From an uncultured bacterium (GTDB lineage Bacteria > Verrucomicrobiota > Verrucomicrobiia > Verrucomicrobiales > DEV007), in assembly GCA_963977015.1 (NCBI GenBank), contig CAXBMO010000005.1:1-64000 (forward strand): a stretch of DNA of 64,000 nt. The letters are read 5' to 3'. The notes under the pieces are model-generated. The model did not search any database. It was not told the origin of the DNA and was given only the letters and a program-made list of their open reading frames with translations. Below, one piece after another: positions 27,275 to 36,330 of the stretch. Positions within the stretch are counted from its first letter, which is position 1; each line of letters begins with the position of its first letter. A program made the translations under genes and the position numbers.

Positions 27275-28852
27275 CTACTTCTTGCTATCCTCAGCCTGCT
27301 TCAGACGAGTCTTCAACCGATCGGAAATCGTCTCCAGAACTTTCACCCGGGCCAGGCGTTTGTCGTTGGCTTCGACCATGGTCCAAGGAGCAAACGTGGT
27401 GCTGGTCCGCTCAACCATGTCGTTGACAGCCAACTCGTAGTCCTCCCATTTCTCACGATTGCGCCAGTCTTCGTCGGTTAGTTTCCACTGCTTGTAGGGA
27501 ATGCGTTGACGTTCCTCAAATCGTCTCAACTGCTCCTCCTTGGTAATATGCATCCAGAATTTGCAGAGCACGATGCCATGACGAACAACCTGATCTTCGA
27601 AGTCGTTGATCTCAGCATAGGAACGCTTCCATTCACTCTCCGTCGCAAACCCTTCGACGCGCTCGACCAAAACCCGGCCATACCAGGACCGGTCGAAGAT
27701 GGTGAATCGGCCGGCTCGCGAAAGGTGCCTCCAGAATCGCCACAGGTAATGGTATTCCATCTCCTCATCCGTCGGCGCCGCAATTGGGATGACTTGGGAA
27801 GCCCGCGCATCAATCGCAGAGACCAGTCTCCGAATCGCGCCCCCTTTCCCGGCGGCATCCCATCCCTCAAACACCACGATCGTAGAGATGCCCAGGTCAT
27901 GAGCTTTCCGGGCCCGTTTGTTGAGTCGGCCCAGGTGATGTTCGAGCTGGTGCTTATAGTCCTTTTTCTCGAGCTTCTTTGTCATGTCCAGCCCACTTAA
28001 AATCGTGAGCGGACTCCCGTTTTGAATGACGCCGGTGCTGGCAAATTTATCGAGGGTGCTCGCAGACGTGGGTTCTCCCGAAGCAGCGAGCGACTCCTCA
28101 CGTTTCGCCTTGCGGGCCGCTTGCGCTTCCTTCATCAACTCAATTTCGTCGAAATGCTTGTGGAGCGATTCGAGCAGAATCCGGCCAACGGTGAGGGAGC
28201 GATATCGCTCATCAAACCCTTCCACAATGTGCCAGGACGCCTGCCCGTTCGACGTCCGCATAATGGTCCGCTCCGCCGTCGCCACAAACCCATCGTAACG
28301 CTTGAGGTGATCGCGGTCTGAGTCTTTTACCCTCCAGCTCGTGAGCGGATCCTTCTCCAGCTGTTCCAGACGTTTTTTCTGGGCTTTCTTTCCCAGGTGC
28401 ATCCAGAATTTGAGGATGAGCGCATTGCCATCCGCCAAGGTTCGCTCAAAGGTGGCGATTCGCTCCAACGCTTCATCAAGCTCCGGCTCTGTCGTCTTTT
28501 CGTAAACCCGATCCAAAATGTGGCGGTGATACCAGGAGCTTTGGAAAAGACCGATTCGACCGTTGGGGGGGAGGTCCCGCCAATACCGCCAATACTCAGG
28601 CCGCTCCCGCATTTCGTCAGATGGAGGTCCGTAAGCCCGCGTGATGATCCAGCGCGGATCAAGCCAGCCATTCAGCAAATTGATTGTCTCGCTTTTACCT
28701 GCGCCATCCACCCCGCCAAACACCACGATCACCGGGAACGAAACCGCGCGAAGGCGCTGCTGAGCCAGGAGAAGTTCCTCTCTCAGTTCCGGCACCTGAA
28801 GCTCGTAGTCCTCTTTCGATACCGTCCGTCCGATTTCAGCCGTTCTAAACAT
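27275..28852 (-). CDS. pap: Polyphosphate:AMP phosphotransferase (two-domain PPK2)
   Basis: Two PPK2 domains with Walker A GVDGAGK and EGWDAAGK, and FDRSWYGRVLVERVEG; start MFRTAEIG. Confidence 0.95.
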   Translation of the reverse strand: MFRTAEIGRTVSKEDYELQVPELREELLLAQQRLRAVSFPVIVVFGGVDGAGKSETINLLNGWLDPRWIITRAYGPPSDEMRERPEYWRYWRDLPPNGRIGLFQSSWYHRHILDRVYEKTTEPELDEALERIATFERTLADGNALILKFWMHLGKKAQKKRLEQLEKDPLTSWRVKDSDRDHLKRYDGFVATAERTIMRTSNGQASWHIVEGFDERYRSLTVGRILLESLHKHFDEIELMKEAQAARKAKREESLAASGEPTSASTLDKFASTGVIQNGSPLTILSGLDMTKKLEKKDYKHQLEHHLGRLNKRARKAHDLGISTIVVFEGWDAAGKGGAIRRLVSAIDARASQVIPIAAPTDEEMEYHYLWRFWRHLSRAGRFTIFDRSWYGRVLVERVEGFATESEWKRSYAEINDFEDQVVRHGIVLCKFWMHITKEEQLRRFEERQRIPYKQWKLTDEDWRNREKWEDYELAVNDMVERTSTTFAPWTMVEANDKRLARVKVLETISDRLKTRLKQAEDSKK

Positions 28853-28907
28853 AAATATCAGTTCGCATATTGAACCCGATCGGGAAATTACGCAATCTTC
28901 TGGTGCT

Positions 28908-29633
28908 TCAATCCGTGGAATGCCCGGAACTCGCCGCAGAAGATCTCCGCGTCCAAAACCTCCAAATCCCCAGCCCCAACACCAGAAGGGCAACAATCTG
29001 ATAGCCGGAAACGGTGCCGCCGATCACTTTGGGCGTTCCCCGGAGAAACTCGTGACCGAAGCGAAACACCCCGTAGGCAATCAGATACACGTGAAAGAGC
29101 TGCCCTTTTAAGCTGGGAAATTTTCGCAATTGAAACAGGACCAAAAGAACGCCGAGATTGAACATCAACTCGACCCCGGCGGCCGGCCAACGAGCCACTC
29201 CTGCCTCGTCGAGCATCGCATACCAGGTTTCCGCATCGCATTCAGCGCCCAAACAACAACCGTAACGCAAACAGCCAGCTCTCCCGGTCGCGATTCCAAG
29301 CGGAACCACGAATGCAAACCAGTCCCCCGTTGGCTCCTGATAATGGATCAGCTTCTTGGTTAACTCGACACCGGCATAGCCGCCTAACAACGCACCCAAA
29401 ATCGATTTCCCCGCAGCAATTTGCAGCCAGAAATCTTCCGCTCCAAAATGAAGCCAACCTTCAGCCAGGATATAAATGACTTTCGCCCCGACAAACGCTC
29501 CTGTGATTCCTCCGACAAAAATCCCAAACAAGGTCGGATCGGTCGTCTTCCATCGCCGATACCACAACCACGCGCCAAAGATGATGGCAGCCAGGGTGAT
29601 CCAGCCGTATGCGCCGGGTTCCGGCAATCTCAT
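28908..29633 (-). CDS. Prolipoprotein diacylglyceryl transferase (Lgt) family protein, divergent paralog
   Basis: Multi-TM protein; GAFVGAK, GKSILGALLGG, GRAGCLRYGCCLG and YGVFRFGHEFLR motifs; ATGA overlap with the radical SAM gene. Confidence 0.85.
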   Translation of the reverse strand: MRLPEPGAYGWITLAAIIFGAWLWYRRWKTTDPTLFGIFVGGITGAFVGAKVIYILAEGWLHFGAEDFWLQIAAGKSILGALLGGYAGVELTKKLIHYQEPTGDWFAFVVPLGIATGRAGCLRYGCCLGAECDAETWYAMLDEAGVARWPAAGVELMFNLGVLLVLFQLRKFPSLKGQLFHVYLIAYGVFRFGHEFLRGTPKVIGGTVSGYQIVALLVLGLGIWRFWTRRSSAASSGHSTD

Positions 29634-31006
29634 CCTGGCTTGGGATAGAGAGCAGCCCCTCCGTGAAGGTAATAGCGGCAGAACGAATCCAGCACGCCAT
29701 CAGGACGAATCACGTGCGTGCAGCAACGGTCGATTCGATCCTGATCCCAGTTCTCGGCATCCATGAACGGTTTGATGAAGAGTCGAAACGTCGAGCGCTC
29801 ATCCATCTCCAGGTCGTGGAGCATCTTCCCCAGCGGCTCGGACTCGCAACCACATTGGCTCAAATCCTCCAGACTGTATCGGACCCGATCGCCGATAAAT
29901 CCCTGGAGCGTCTTGAAATCGACAAAGTCGCTAATGGAGCGGGTTCCCTGATCGGTCTTCAACAAATACCCGATGGTCGCACAGTTGGGATCGCCACATG
30001 GCAGTGGTGTAAAATCCTCGAACCCGAGTTGGCTGCCGGATTGCTCGACGAGCCCGAGAATGATATCAGCGGTGTTGAGCCGGTTTCGCGGTTGTCCGCC
30101 ATCGGCACGACCACTCCCAAACATCGGCTGAAAACTAACGCCCCGGATGTGATCGTATCGCAGACCAAACTCAACCGCCTGCCACAGCTGATCCAGGTTT
30201 TCAGGAATCACCGTCATGGCCAGGGTTAACGGGATTCCTAACTCCGAGGCGCGTTCGATGGCCTGGATCTTGATTTTCCGTAAATCCGCGCCACGCAATT
30301 CCTGTTCACCGCCTTCGCCGGGACCGTCGAATTGGAGATAGAACTGAAAATTCCCGTATTGCATGCACTGCCCCAGCGCCTCACCAAATTCGTGATCTTT
30401 CGCCAATCGAACACCGTTGGAATTCACCAGCACATAGTCGATTCCGGGATTCTCGTGACACCACGCGATCAGTTCAAAAAACTCAGGATGAAGGGTCGGT
30501 TCACCACCGGAAAGCTGCAGAATTTCGATCTTTCCCTTGCGATCGATCACCCCCTGAATTCGCGTTTGGAGATCATTGAGAGGATGCGCCTGGAGATGAG
30601 CTCCCGTGCCCACAGGTGAATCCGCAAAACACGTTGGACAGGTAAGGTTACAGGAGTCGACAATCTCAATCAGAGCCAGACAGGTGGAAAGCTTGTGAAA
30701 CGGTTTGGGATCCTCGGGAAGCAATTTGAGGCGCGCGTTTCGACCGAGAAAACCGATCTGATCTCCCACCACGGGCAGCGCGCATCCGTCAGTCGATCCA
30801 GAGCAACATGGGTCTTCCCGGGCTCCGGTCGAAAGCCAGTAGAATCTGGCGTCAGAGCTAACGAGCGACTCAAAAAAACCATGATCGGGACATTGCTTGG
30901 TTAACCAAACCTGATCTCGTCCCTCGGAGTGTCGAGATTCCACAGACGCAGGAATTGGCGCGACACAAACCGGACAACGGCTCGTGGTTTCTTTGAGCGT
31001 CCTCAT
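29630..31006 (-). CDS. Radical SAM protein of the tetraether synthase (Tes/GDGT-MAS/Mss, MJ0619-like) family
   Basis: N-terminal TSRCPVC...KQCPDHG; CNLTCPTCFA; QLSGGEPTLHP; YLQFDG; IRGVSFQP; C-terminal FMDAENWD...RCCTHVIRPDGVLDSFC. Confidence 0.88.
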   Translation of the reverse strand: MRTLKETTSRCPVCVAPIPASVESRHSEGRDQVWLTKQCPDHGFFESLVSSDARFYWLSTGAREDPCCSGSTDGCALPVVGDQIGFLGRNARLKLLPEDPKPFHKLSTCLALIEIVDSCNLTCPTCFADSPVGTGAHLQAHPLNDLQTRIQGVIDRKGKIEILQLSGGEPTLHPEFFELIAWCHENPGIDYVLVNSNGVRLAKDHEFGEALGQCMQYGNFQFYLQFDGPGEGGEQELRGADLRKIKIQAIERASELGIPLTLAMTVIPENLDQLWQAVEFGLRYDHIRGVSFQPMFGSGRADGGQPRNRLNTADIILGLVEQSGSQLGFEDFTPLPCGDPNCATIGYLLKTDQGTRSISDFVDFKTLQGFIGDRVRYSLEDLSQCGCESEPLGKMLHDLEMDERSTFRLFIKPFMDAENWDQDRIDRCCTHVIRPDGVLDSFCRYYLHGGAALYPKPG

Positions 31007-31032
31007 GGAATCAGGCGTCCACGATCCCTCCC

Positions 31033-31725
31033 CTATCCATTTTTCTCCCGGCGATCACGACGATCGGTTGCCGTTTCAATAAACACGATCGCTTCGCCCA
31101 GACTGCAGGCATGGAGGCCAATGTTCTCCAACCCATGAGTTGCGTTGACAGCCTCGACAAAGGACGTCGCCAAAACTTGATTCTTGGTCACCGATTTTGA
31201 AATCTGATTGCGCGCATCCTTGGCCAATTTTCGAATTTCCCGCTTCCAGCCTGAGGCTTTTGCCGCTTGATCGGGATCATGTTGCGAAAACGACTCCAGT
31301 GTTCCCGCGAGCGCCCGCTGACTCAACTTCCATTGCTCTTCCAACACCCGGTTGCTATCAAAAGCAATCCAGGCTTCCAACTGAGAAGCTTGAGTCGAGA
31401 TTCTGCGGGCATCGTCACCAATCTGTTCCAAATCCGTCGCAATTCTGACCGCTCCGGTGACACCGCGTAAATCCGTCGCCACCGGCTGATATTTGATCAA
31501 AATGAGCTGGGCCTGCTTGTCAATTTCAGCCTCAAGCTGATCCAAATCTTTCTCCCGGCCTTTGGCCTCCGAGACATCGAGCTTTTGGTTGTGTTGCAGG
31601 AGCCGCCCGATCTCCCCGACCATGTCCAGCGCTATCTGTCCCATCGTCAATACAGCCCCCCTAAGGCTTTGGAGCTCCAATTCAAAGTCTTCTAGCGTAT
31701 GTGGTGGATGGGGATTTGGTGTCAT
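31033..31725 (-). CDS. phoU: PhoU-domain phosphate regulatory protein
   Basis: LDQLEAEID...YQPVATDLR...DLEQIGD; the second repeat (LENIGLHA) is degenerate. Start uncertain (31725 or 31740). Confidence 0.85.
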   Translation of the reverse strand: MTPNPHPPHTLEDFELELQSLRGAVLTMGQIALDMVGEIGRLLQHNQKLDVSEAKGREKDLDQLEAEIDKQAQLILIKYQPVATDLRGVTGAVRIATDLEQIGDDARRISTQASQLEAWIAFDSNRVLEEQWKLSQRALAGTLESFSQHDPDQAAKASGWKREIRKLAKDARNQISKSVTKNQVLATSFVEAVNATHGLENIGLHACSLGEAIVFIETATDRRDRREKNG

Positions 31726-31835
31726 CTCAGTTCCTAGCATCGCGCCTAGTCTATACCACGATATCCGCAAGGGAAGTGGAGAATTGTCCACGTCGAGAGC
31801 CTTTGCAATTTGGAGGCAGATACTCATAATGAGGA

Positions 31836-33143
31836 ATGCTCCTTCGAATTTTCGTTATTTTTGTAGCCTTGGTTAATCCACTCAACGCGGTGGACTGGCC
31901 GGAATTTCGCGGCAAGGATCGTACGGGAATCTGGAATCAACCTGGAGTCCTCCAATCGTTCCCTGAAGGAGACGCGCCGCTGAAGAGAGTCTGGACTGCT
32001 CCGGTTGGCGCAGGATACAGCGGACCGACGGTCGCGGGAGACCATGTGTATCTGATGGACCGCGGGCCGGCAGGAAACCGAGCTCAGCTTGAGCGAATCG
32101 TCTGTGTCGACCGAAAGACCGGCGCCCAATCCTGGGTTCACACCTATCCCTGCGTTTACTCCGACATCGGCTATGCGTATGGGCCTCGGGCAAGTGTCAC
32201 CATTCGAGATGGCAAAGCCTGGGCGCTCGGAACAATGGGGCATCTTCATTGCCTGGATGCAAAAACCGGGTCCGTGATTTGGGCTCATGATTTGCGGCAG
32301 AACTACACGGTTGACCTCCCCATTTGGGGACTCACGGCGTCTCCACTCGTGGTCGGCGACGTGGTGGTCGTCCAACTTGGCGCCATGGCCGACAACGCCT
32401 GTGTCGTGGCGTTTGAGAAAGACACCGGCAAGGAAGTCTGGCGCGCGTTTGACGACAAGGCATCCTACGTTTCGCCGATCATGATTCGGCAGGGAAAAAC
32501 CGACGTGATGGTCGTCTGGACGGGCTTTCGAATTGCGGGAATGAATCCGGCTGATGGGAGTGTCTATTGGGAACTCCCGACTCGTCCTGCCAAAATGCCG
32601 ATCAACGTTCCCGGTCCGGCGCTCAACGAGGATGGCACGCTCATGTTTTTGTCCGTTTTCTATGATGGTTCGCGAATGATCGAACTCGATCCGGACAAGC
32701 CTGCGGCCAAGGAACTCTGGCATCGTCAGGGAATCAACGAACGCAAGACCGACGCACTTCATTGCATGATCAGCCCGCCGTATCTTGCCGATGGCTACGT
32801 CTTCGGAATCGACAGCTATGGCCAAATGCGTTGCCTCGATCCCAAGACCGGTGACCGAATCTGGGAAGACCAAACGGCAGTTCCCTATGGGCGCTGGGGC
32901 ACAGCTTTCATGGTCAGAAACGGAGACCAAACCTGGATGCTCAACGAACGCGGCCAACTCATTATCGCCCGTCTGACGGAAAAAGGGTATGAGGAAATTG
33001 ATCGCGCGAATTTGATCGAGCCGACGACCCCGCTCAACCAGCGAAAGGAAGGCACCGTTCTCTGGTCTCATCCGGCCTTTGCCGGGACCCAGATTTTTGC
33101 GCGAAACGATCGCGAACTGATCTGCGTTGAGCTTGCTGAATAA
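31836..33143 (+). CDS. PQQ-binding-like beta-propeller (BamB-like) exported protein
   Basis: Signal peptide then DWPEFRG; repeated CLDAKTGxxxW blades; WSHPAFAG at the C-terminus. Confidence 0.92.
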   Translation: MLLRIFVIFVALVNPLNAVDWPEFRGKDRTGIWNQPGVLQSFPEGDAPLKRVWTAPVGAGYSGPTVAGDHVYLMDRGPAGNRAQLERIVCVDRKTGAQSWVHTYPCVYSDIGYAYGPRASVTIRDGKAWALGTMGHLHCLDAKTGSVIWAHDLRQNYTVDLPIWGLTASPLVVGDVVVVQLGAMADNACVVAFEKDTGKEVWRAFDDKASYVSPIMIRQGKTDVMVVWTGFRIAGMNPADGSVYWELPTRPAKMPINVPGPALNEDGTLMFLSVFYDGSRMIELDPDKPAAKELWHRQGINERKTDALHCMISPPYLADGYVFGIDSYGQMRCLDPKTGDRIWEDQTAVPYGRWGTAFMVRNGDQTWMLNERGQLIIARLTEKGYEEIDRANLIEPTTPLNQRKEGTVLWSHPAFAGTQIFARNDRELICVELAE

Positions 33144-33187
33144 GGGGGCCAAACAGCCCAGGCTCGATTAGCTCCAGGGTTCAAAAG

Positions 33188-34354
33188 TCAGGCGTGGTGA
33201 TCACGAATTCCACCACTCAAGGCGAACTGAAGATGCGGGGAATACAGCCCCGGCTCGAGCAGGAACGAATCGTGCCCTTTCTCTGAATGCACGGTAATAT
33301 GCATGGAAGGAACATCCGCTTTCTTGAGCGCCCTCGCCAGGTGCAGTTGCTGATCCGGATAAAAGCAGACGTCGGAGTCGATGCTGAAAACGAGCCATTG
33401 CTGCTCCTTACTCTTAGCGAAAAGGTCTTTCGCCGTTGTCGTCTGGGTGTCGTGAAAGGGGTCAAACTTCTGCCAAACCTCCAAAACCCGGAGATAGGTG
33501 TTTGCGTCAAATCGATTTACGAATTTGAGCCCGTGATGCAAGAGATAGGATTCCAGCGGGCTTTCCACCTTGTACCAGGCCAAGGCATCGTCGAACTTCG
33601 CCACATCGCGGCGAGCACGGCGCTCCATCGTCTTCAAACTTACAAACGTCTTGTGGCTGATCATCCGCGCCAGCGCCAGGCCACGATTCGGCGGCTCACC
33701 GTCGTAATAATCGCCTCCATTGAAGTTTTGATCGTTCTCAATCGCCAGCACCTGCTCAAAAATCACGATTTTCTGGAGTAGCGAAATCTCCAGGGCGCTG
33801 GCCAATGAAACCACAATCCCGACACGGTCCGGAAACAGAGTGGCAAAACTCAAACTCAACAATCCGCCAATCGAAGATCCAATCACCGCCTTCAACTTGT
33901 CGATCCCCAGCGCGTCCAATATCTGAGCCTGAGAGCGCACAATATCCGCCGCGCCAACGCTGGGGAAGGTGGAACCGTAAGGCTTTCCGGTATCCGGCGA
34001 GATGGAAGCCGGTCCCGAAGATCCATAACATCCTCCCAGGTAATTCGCGCAAATCACAAAGTGCTTATTGGTATCAATGGCCTTGCCCGGGCCAACAAAT
34101 GCATCCCACCATCCAAGGTGACATTCCTCACTCCACCACGGACAGTCTCCCGGCCCCTCGGGATTGATTCCGGTCAGGTGTTGCGTCCCGGAGAGCGCGT
34201 GAAAGACCAGGATCGCGTTGTCTTTCGCCGCATTGAGTTCTCCGTAGGTTTGATAGGCAACACCAAGATCGCGGAGCGATTCTCCATTGCTGAGCTGAAA
34301 ATCGCCACCGTCGTTGAGCTTCAGATAATGCGTTTGGAAGTCGTTTTCGATCAT
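33188..34354 (-). CDS. metX: Homoserine O-acetyltransferase
   Basis: YQTYGELNAAKDNAILVFHALSG, GGCYGSSGP, nucleophile GSSIGG, RFDANTY and GHDSFLL motifs. Confidence 0.92.
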   Translation of the reverse strand: MIENDFQTHYLKLNDGGDFQLSNGESLRDLGVAYQTYGELNAAKDNAILVFHALSGTQHLTGINPEGPGDCPWWSEECHLGWWDAFVGPGKAIDTNKHFVICANYLGGCYGSSGPASISPDTGKPYGSTFPSVGAADIVRSQAQILDALGIDKLKAVIGSSIGGLLSLSFATLFPDRVGIVVSLASALEISLLQKIVIFEQVLAIENDQNFNGGDYYDGEPPNRGLALARMISHKTFVSLKTMERRARRDVAKFDDALAWYKVESPLESYLLHHGLKFVNRFDANTYLRVLEVWQKFDPFHDTQTTTAKDLFAKSKEQQWLVFSIDSDVCFYPDQQLHLARALKKADVPSMHITVHSEKGHDSFLLEPGLYSPHLQFALSGGIRDHHA

Positions 34355-34455
34355 TTCTAGGTTTTGGGGCAGCGAAAGTAGGGCAAAGGCCGTTGCCTTG
34401 CCAAAGCTTTCGGTGTCATACATCGACTGAGGTTCGGTGAAAGCACGGCACGAAC

Positions 34456-35304
34456 CTAAGCCTCCGAAGTATTGCGGGGAGGCAGCTTGTTGCCACAATC
34501 CCGGCAATACCGCGCACTTTCCAGGTGACCGGCCGATCCGCACTCACCGCATTCGCGATCATCGAGCTTGGATTGTCTGCTGATCTCAGCTCCAACAATC
34601 CCGGTAGGCACTGCAATGATGCCATAGCCAATGATCATCATGACAGCGGAAAGCACCTGACCAGCCGACGTCTGCGGAGTGATATCACCGTATCCTACCG
34701 TGGTAATGGTCACGATGGCCCAATAAACCGACCGGGGAATACTGACAAATCCACCCGCATAATCCGGATCATAGGTCGCCCCTTCAATCAGATAGAGAAA
34801 CGTCCCGAAAATCATCACCAGGGTAAGCACCGCGAAGAGAAATACCGTGATTTTTGGTCGGCTCGCGCGCAACGCATTCATCAGGAGCCTCGCCTCCCCC
34901 ATGTGGCGGACCATCTTGAAAACGCGGAACATCCGAAGCACCCGCAAGACCCGAATCACCACGAGTTGTTCGGCCCCGTAGACCACCAGCGAGAGATAAG
35001 TCGGGAGGATCGAGAGCAAATCGACAAGCCCGAAAAAGCTGAACATGTAGCGCAGCGGCTGGCGGCTCACGCAAATGCGTGTCAAATACTCAATCGTAAA
35101 GAGGATGGTGAAAAACCACTCTGCAGCGTCGAGCTGAATGCCGTATTGCTCTCGTACGCCCTTCATGCTGTCGAGCATGACGACGCCAATGCTGAACCCG
35201 ATCAGCCAGAGAAGCGCGATGTCAAAGTTTCGGGAAGCGCCGCTATCCGAGAGAAAGATGATTCTCCAAAGCCGCTCCCTGAGACTGTTTTTCTTGTCGT
35301 CCAT
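34456..35304 (-). CDS. Voltage-gated potassium channel (ion transporter) with C-terminal double zinc ribbon
   Basis: S4 segment IRVLRVLRMFRVFK, filter TTVGYGD, tail CGECG...YCRDCG. Confidence 0.95.
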   Translation of the reverse strand: MDDKKNSLRERLWRIIFLSDSGASRNFDIALLWLIGFSIGVVMLDSMKGVREQYGIQLDAAEWFFTILFTIEYLTRICVSRQPLRYMFSFFGLVDLLSILPTYLSLVVYGAEQLVVIRVLRVLRMFRVFKMVRHMGEARLLMNALRASRPKITVFLFAVLTLVMIFGTFLYLIEGATYDPDYAGGFVSIPRSVYWAIVTITTVGYGDITPQTSAGQVLSAVMMIIGYGIIAVPTGIVGAEISRQSKLDDRECGECGSAGHLESARYCRDCGNKLPPRNTSEA

Positions 35305-35418
35305 TGGTGGGGAGTGACATGGTCCTCACCCACGATCTTGTCAAACCGACGACACATCGCGGGAAACGAGGTCGCTGAACCGGGCGAGACTGTAGATTGA
35401 ATCGTAGGGAAAGCATTC

Positions 35419-35447
35419 CGCGTGACCACGCATTTGGTGGCCACGCG
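35419..35447 (-). terminator. GC-rich hairpin downstream of ahpC (terminator-like, no clear U-tract)
   Basis: Minus strand CGCGTGGCCAC-caaatgc-GTGGTCACGCG, 11-bp stem with one G-U pair, about 35 nt after the stop. Confidence 0.5.
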
Positions 35448-35481
35448 AAGAAAGTAACGAACGAGCGTCAGGAGCCCCTGC

Positions 35482-36111
35482 TCACCCTTTGGCGAGGTAC
35501 TGGGAAGTGCTCTCGTGCGTTGGCTTCATGGCATCTTTGCCTTTCTCCCAATTCATCGGGCAGACTTCGCCATGTTCCTCAAAATGCTGAAGAGCGTCAA
35601 CGACCCGCAACGCCTCTGAGATCGAACGGCCAAGAGGAAAGTTGTTCACGAGCTGGTGCTGAACCACACCCTCTTTATCAATCAGGAAAAGGCCGCGATA
35701 CGCGATCAATTCACCATCGACCGACAGATCTCCGTCCTCATCGATGTCGTATTCGCCTGCAAGAACGTCATAAGCGAAGGAGACCGTCTTGTTGGTATCG
35801 GCGACGATCGGGTAGGAAACGCCAGCGATACCGCCTTGATCGCGAGGAACCTGGAGCCATCCCCAGTGAGAGAACTCCGTGTCCGTCGAACAACCGACAA
35901 CCTGGACATCCCGGTCTTCGAATTCCTTCAAGGAATCCTGAAACGCGTGCAGTTCAGTTGGGCAGACAAAGGTGAAGTCCTTTGGGTAGAAAAAGAGAAC
36001 GACGTACTTTTTACCAAGATACTGGTCAAGCGAGAAATTCTCTTCGATTGCGCCATCAACAACGGCTGCACAGGAAAATGAAGGGGCGGCTTTGCCTACA
36101 AGAACGGACAT
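35482..36111 (-). CDS. ahpC: 2-Cys peroxiredoxin (alkyl hydroperoxide reductase C)
   Basis: FFYPKDFTFVCPTE and HGEVCP motifs. Confidence 0.97.
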   Translation of the reverse strand: MSVLVGKAAPSFSCAAVVDGAIEENFSLDQYLGKKYVVLFFYPKDFTFVCPTELHAFQDSLKEFEDRDVQVVGCSTDTEFSHWGWLQVPRDQGGIAGVSYPIVADTNKTVSFAYDVLAGEYDIDEDGDLSVDGELIAYRGLFLIDKEGVVQHQLVNNFPLGRSISEALRVVDALQHFEEHGEVCPMNWEKGKDAMKPTHESTSQYLAKG

Positions 36112-36245
36112 GATAAGAAATGATTAGGGATAAGTTAGACTTGCGCGGAACTTGAACAATCTGGGGGCTTTGTCAACATCTCACCAACGGTAGTAACCCG
36201 GTCCCCAAAGTGACCCATCCCGCACCAACTCCCCCAAATTTGGGG

Positions 36246-36274
36246 TTGACGGAATTGATGGTCCGGGGTATCGG
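36246..36274 (+). promoter_or_regulatory. Putative sigma70-type promoter for the small basic protein gene
   Basis: TTGACG-N17-TATCGG (weak -10), directly preceded by the palindrome CCCCAAATTTGGGG. Confidence 0.4.
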
Positions 36275-36330
36275 ACACGCCCGCCAGAAGACCTCTTTTC
36301 TGGCGCCTTAAGCATTTACTTCATTTCCCC

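Noticed and set aside
31824-33152. 442-aa minus-strand ORF
   Set aside because: Antisense to the well-supported PQQ-propeller gene.
34355-34457. SAM riboswitch upstream of metX
   Set aside because: Only a simple hairpin (AGGTTCG...CGAACCT, 34430-34457) is present; no SAM-I/II core motifs were recognised.
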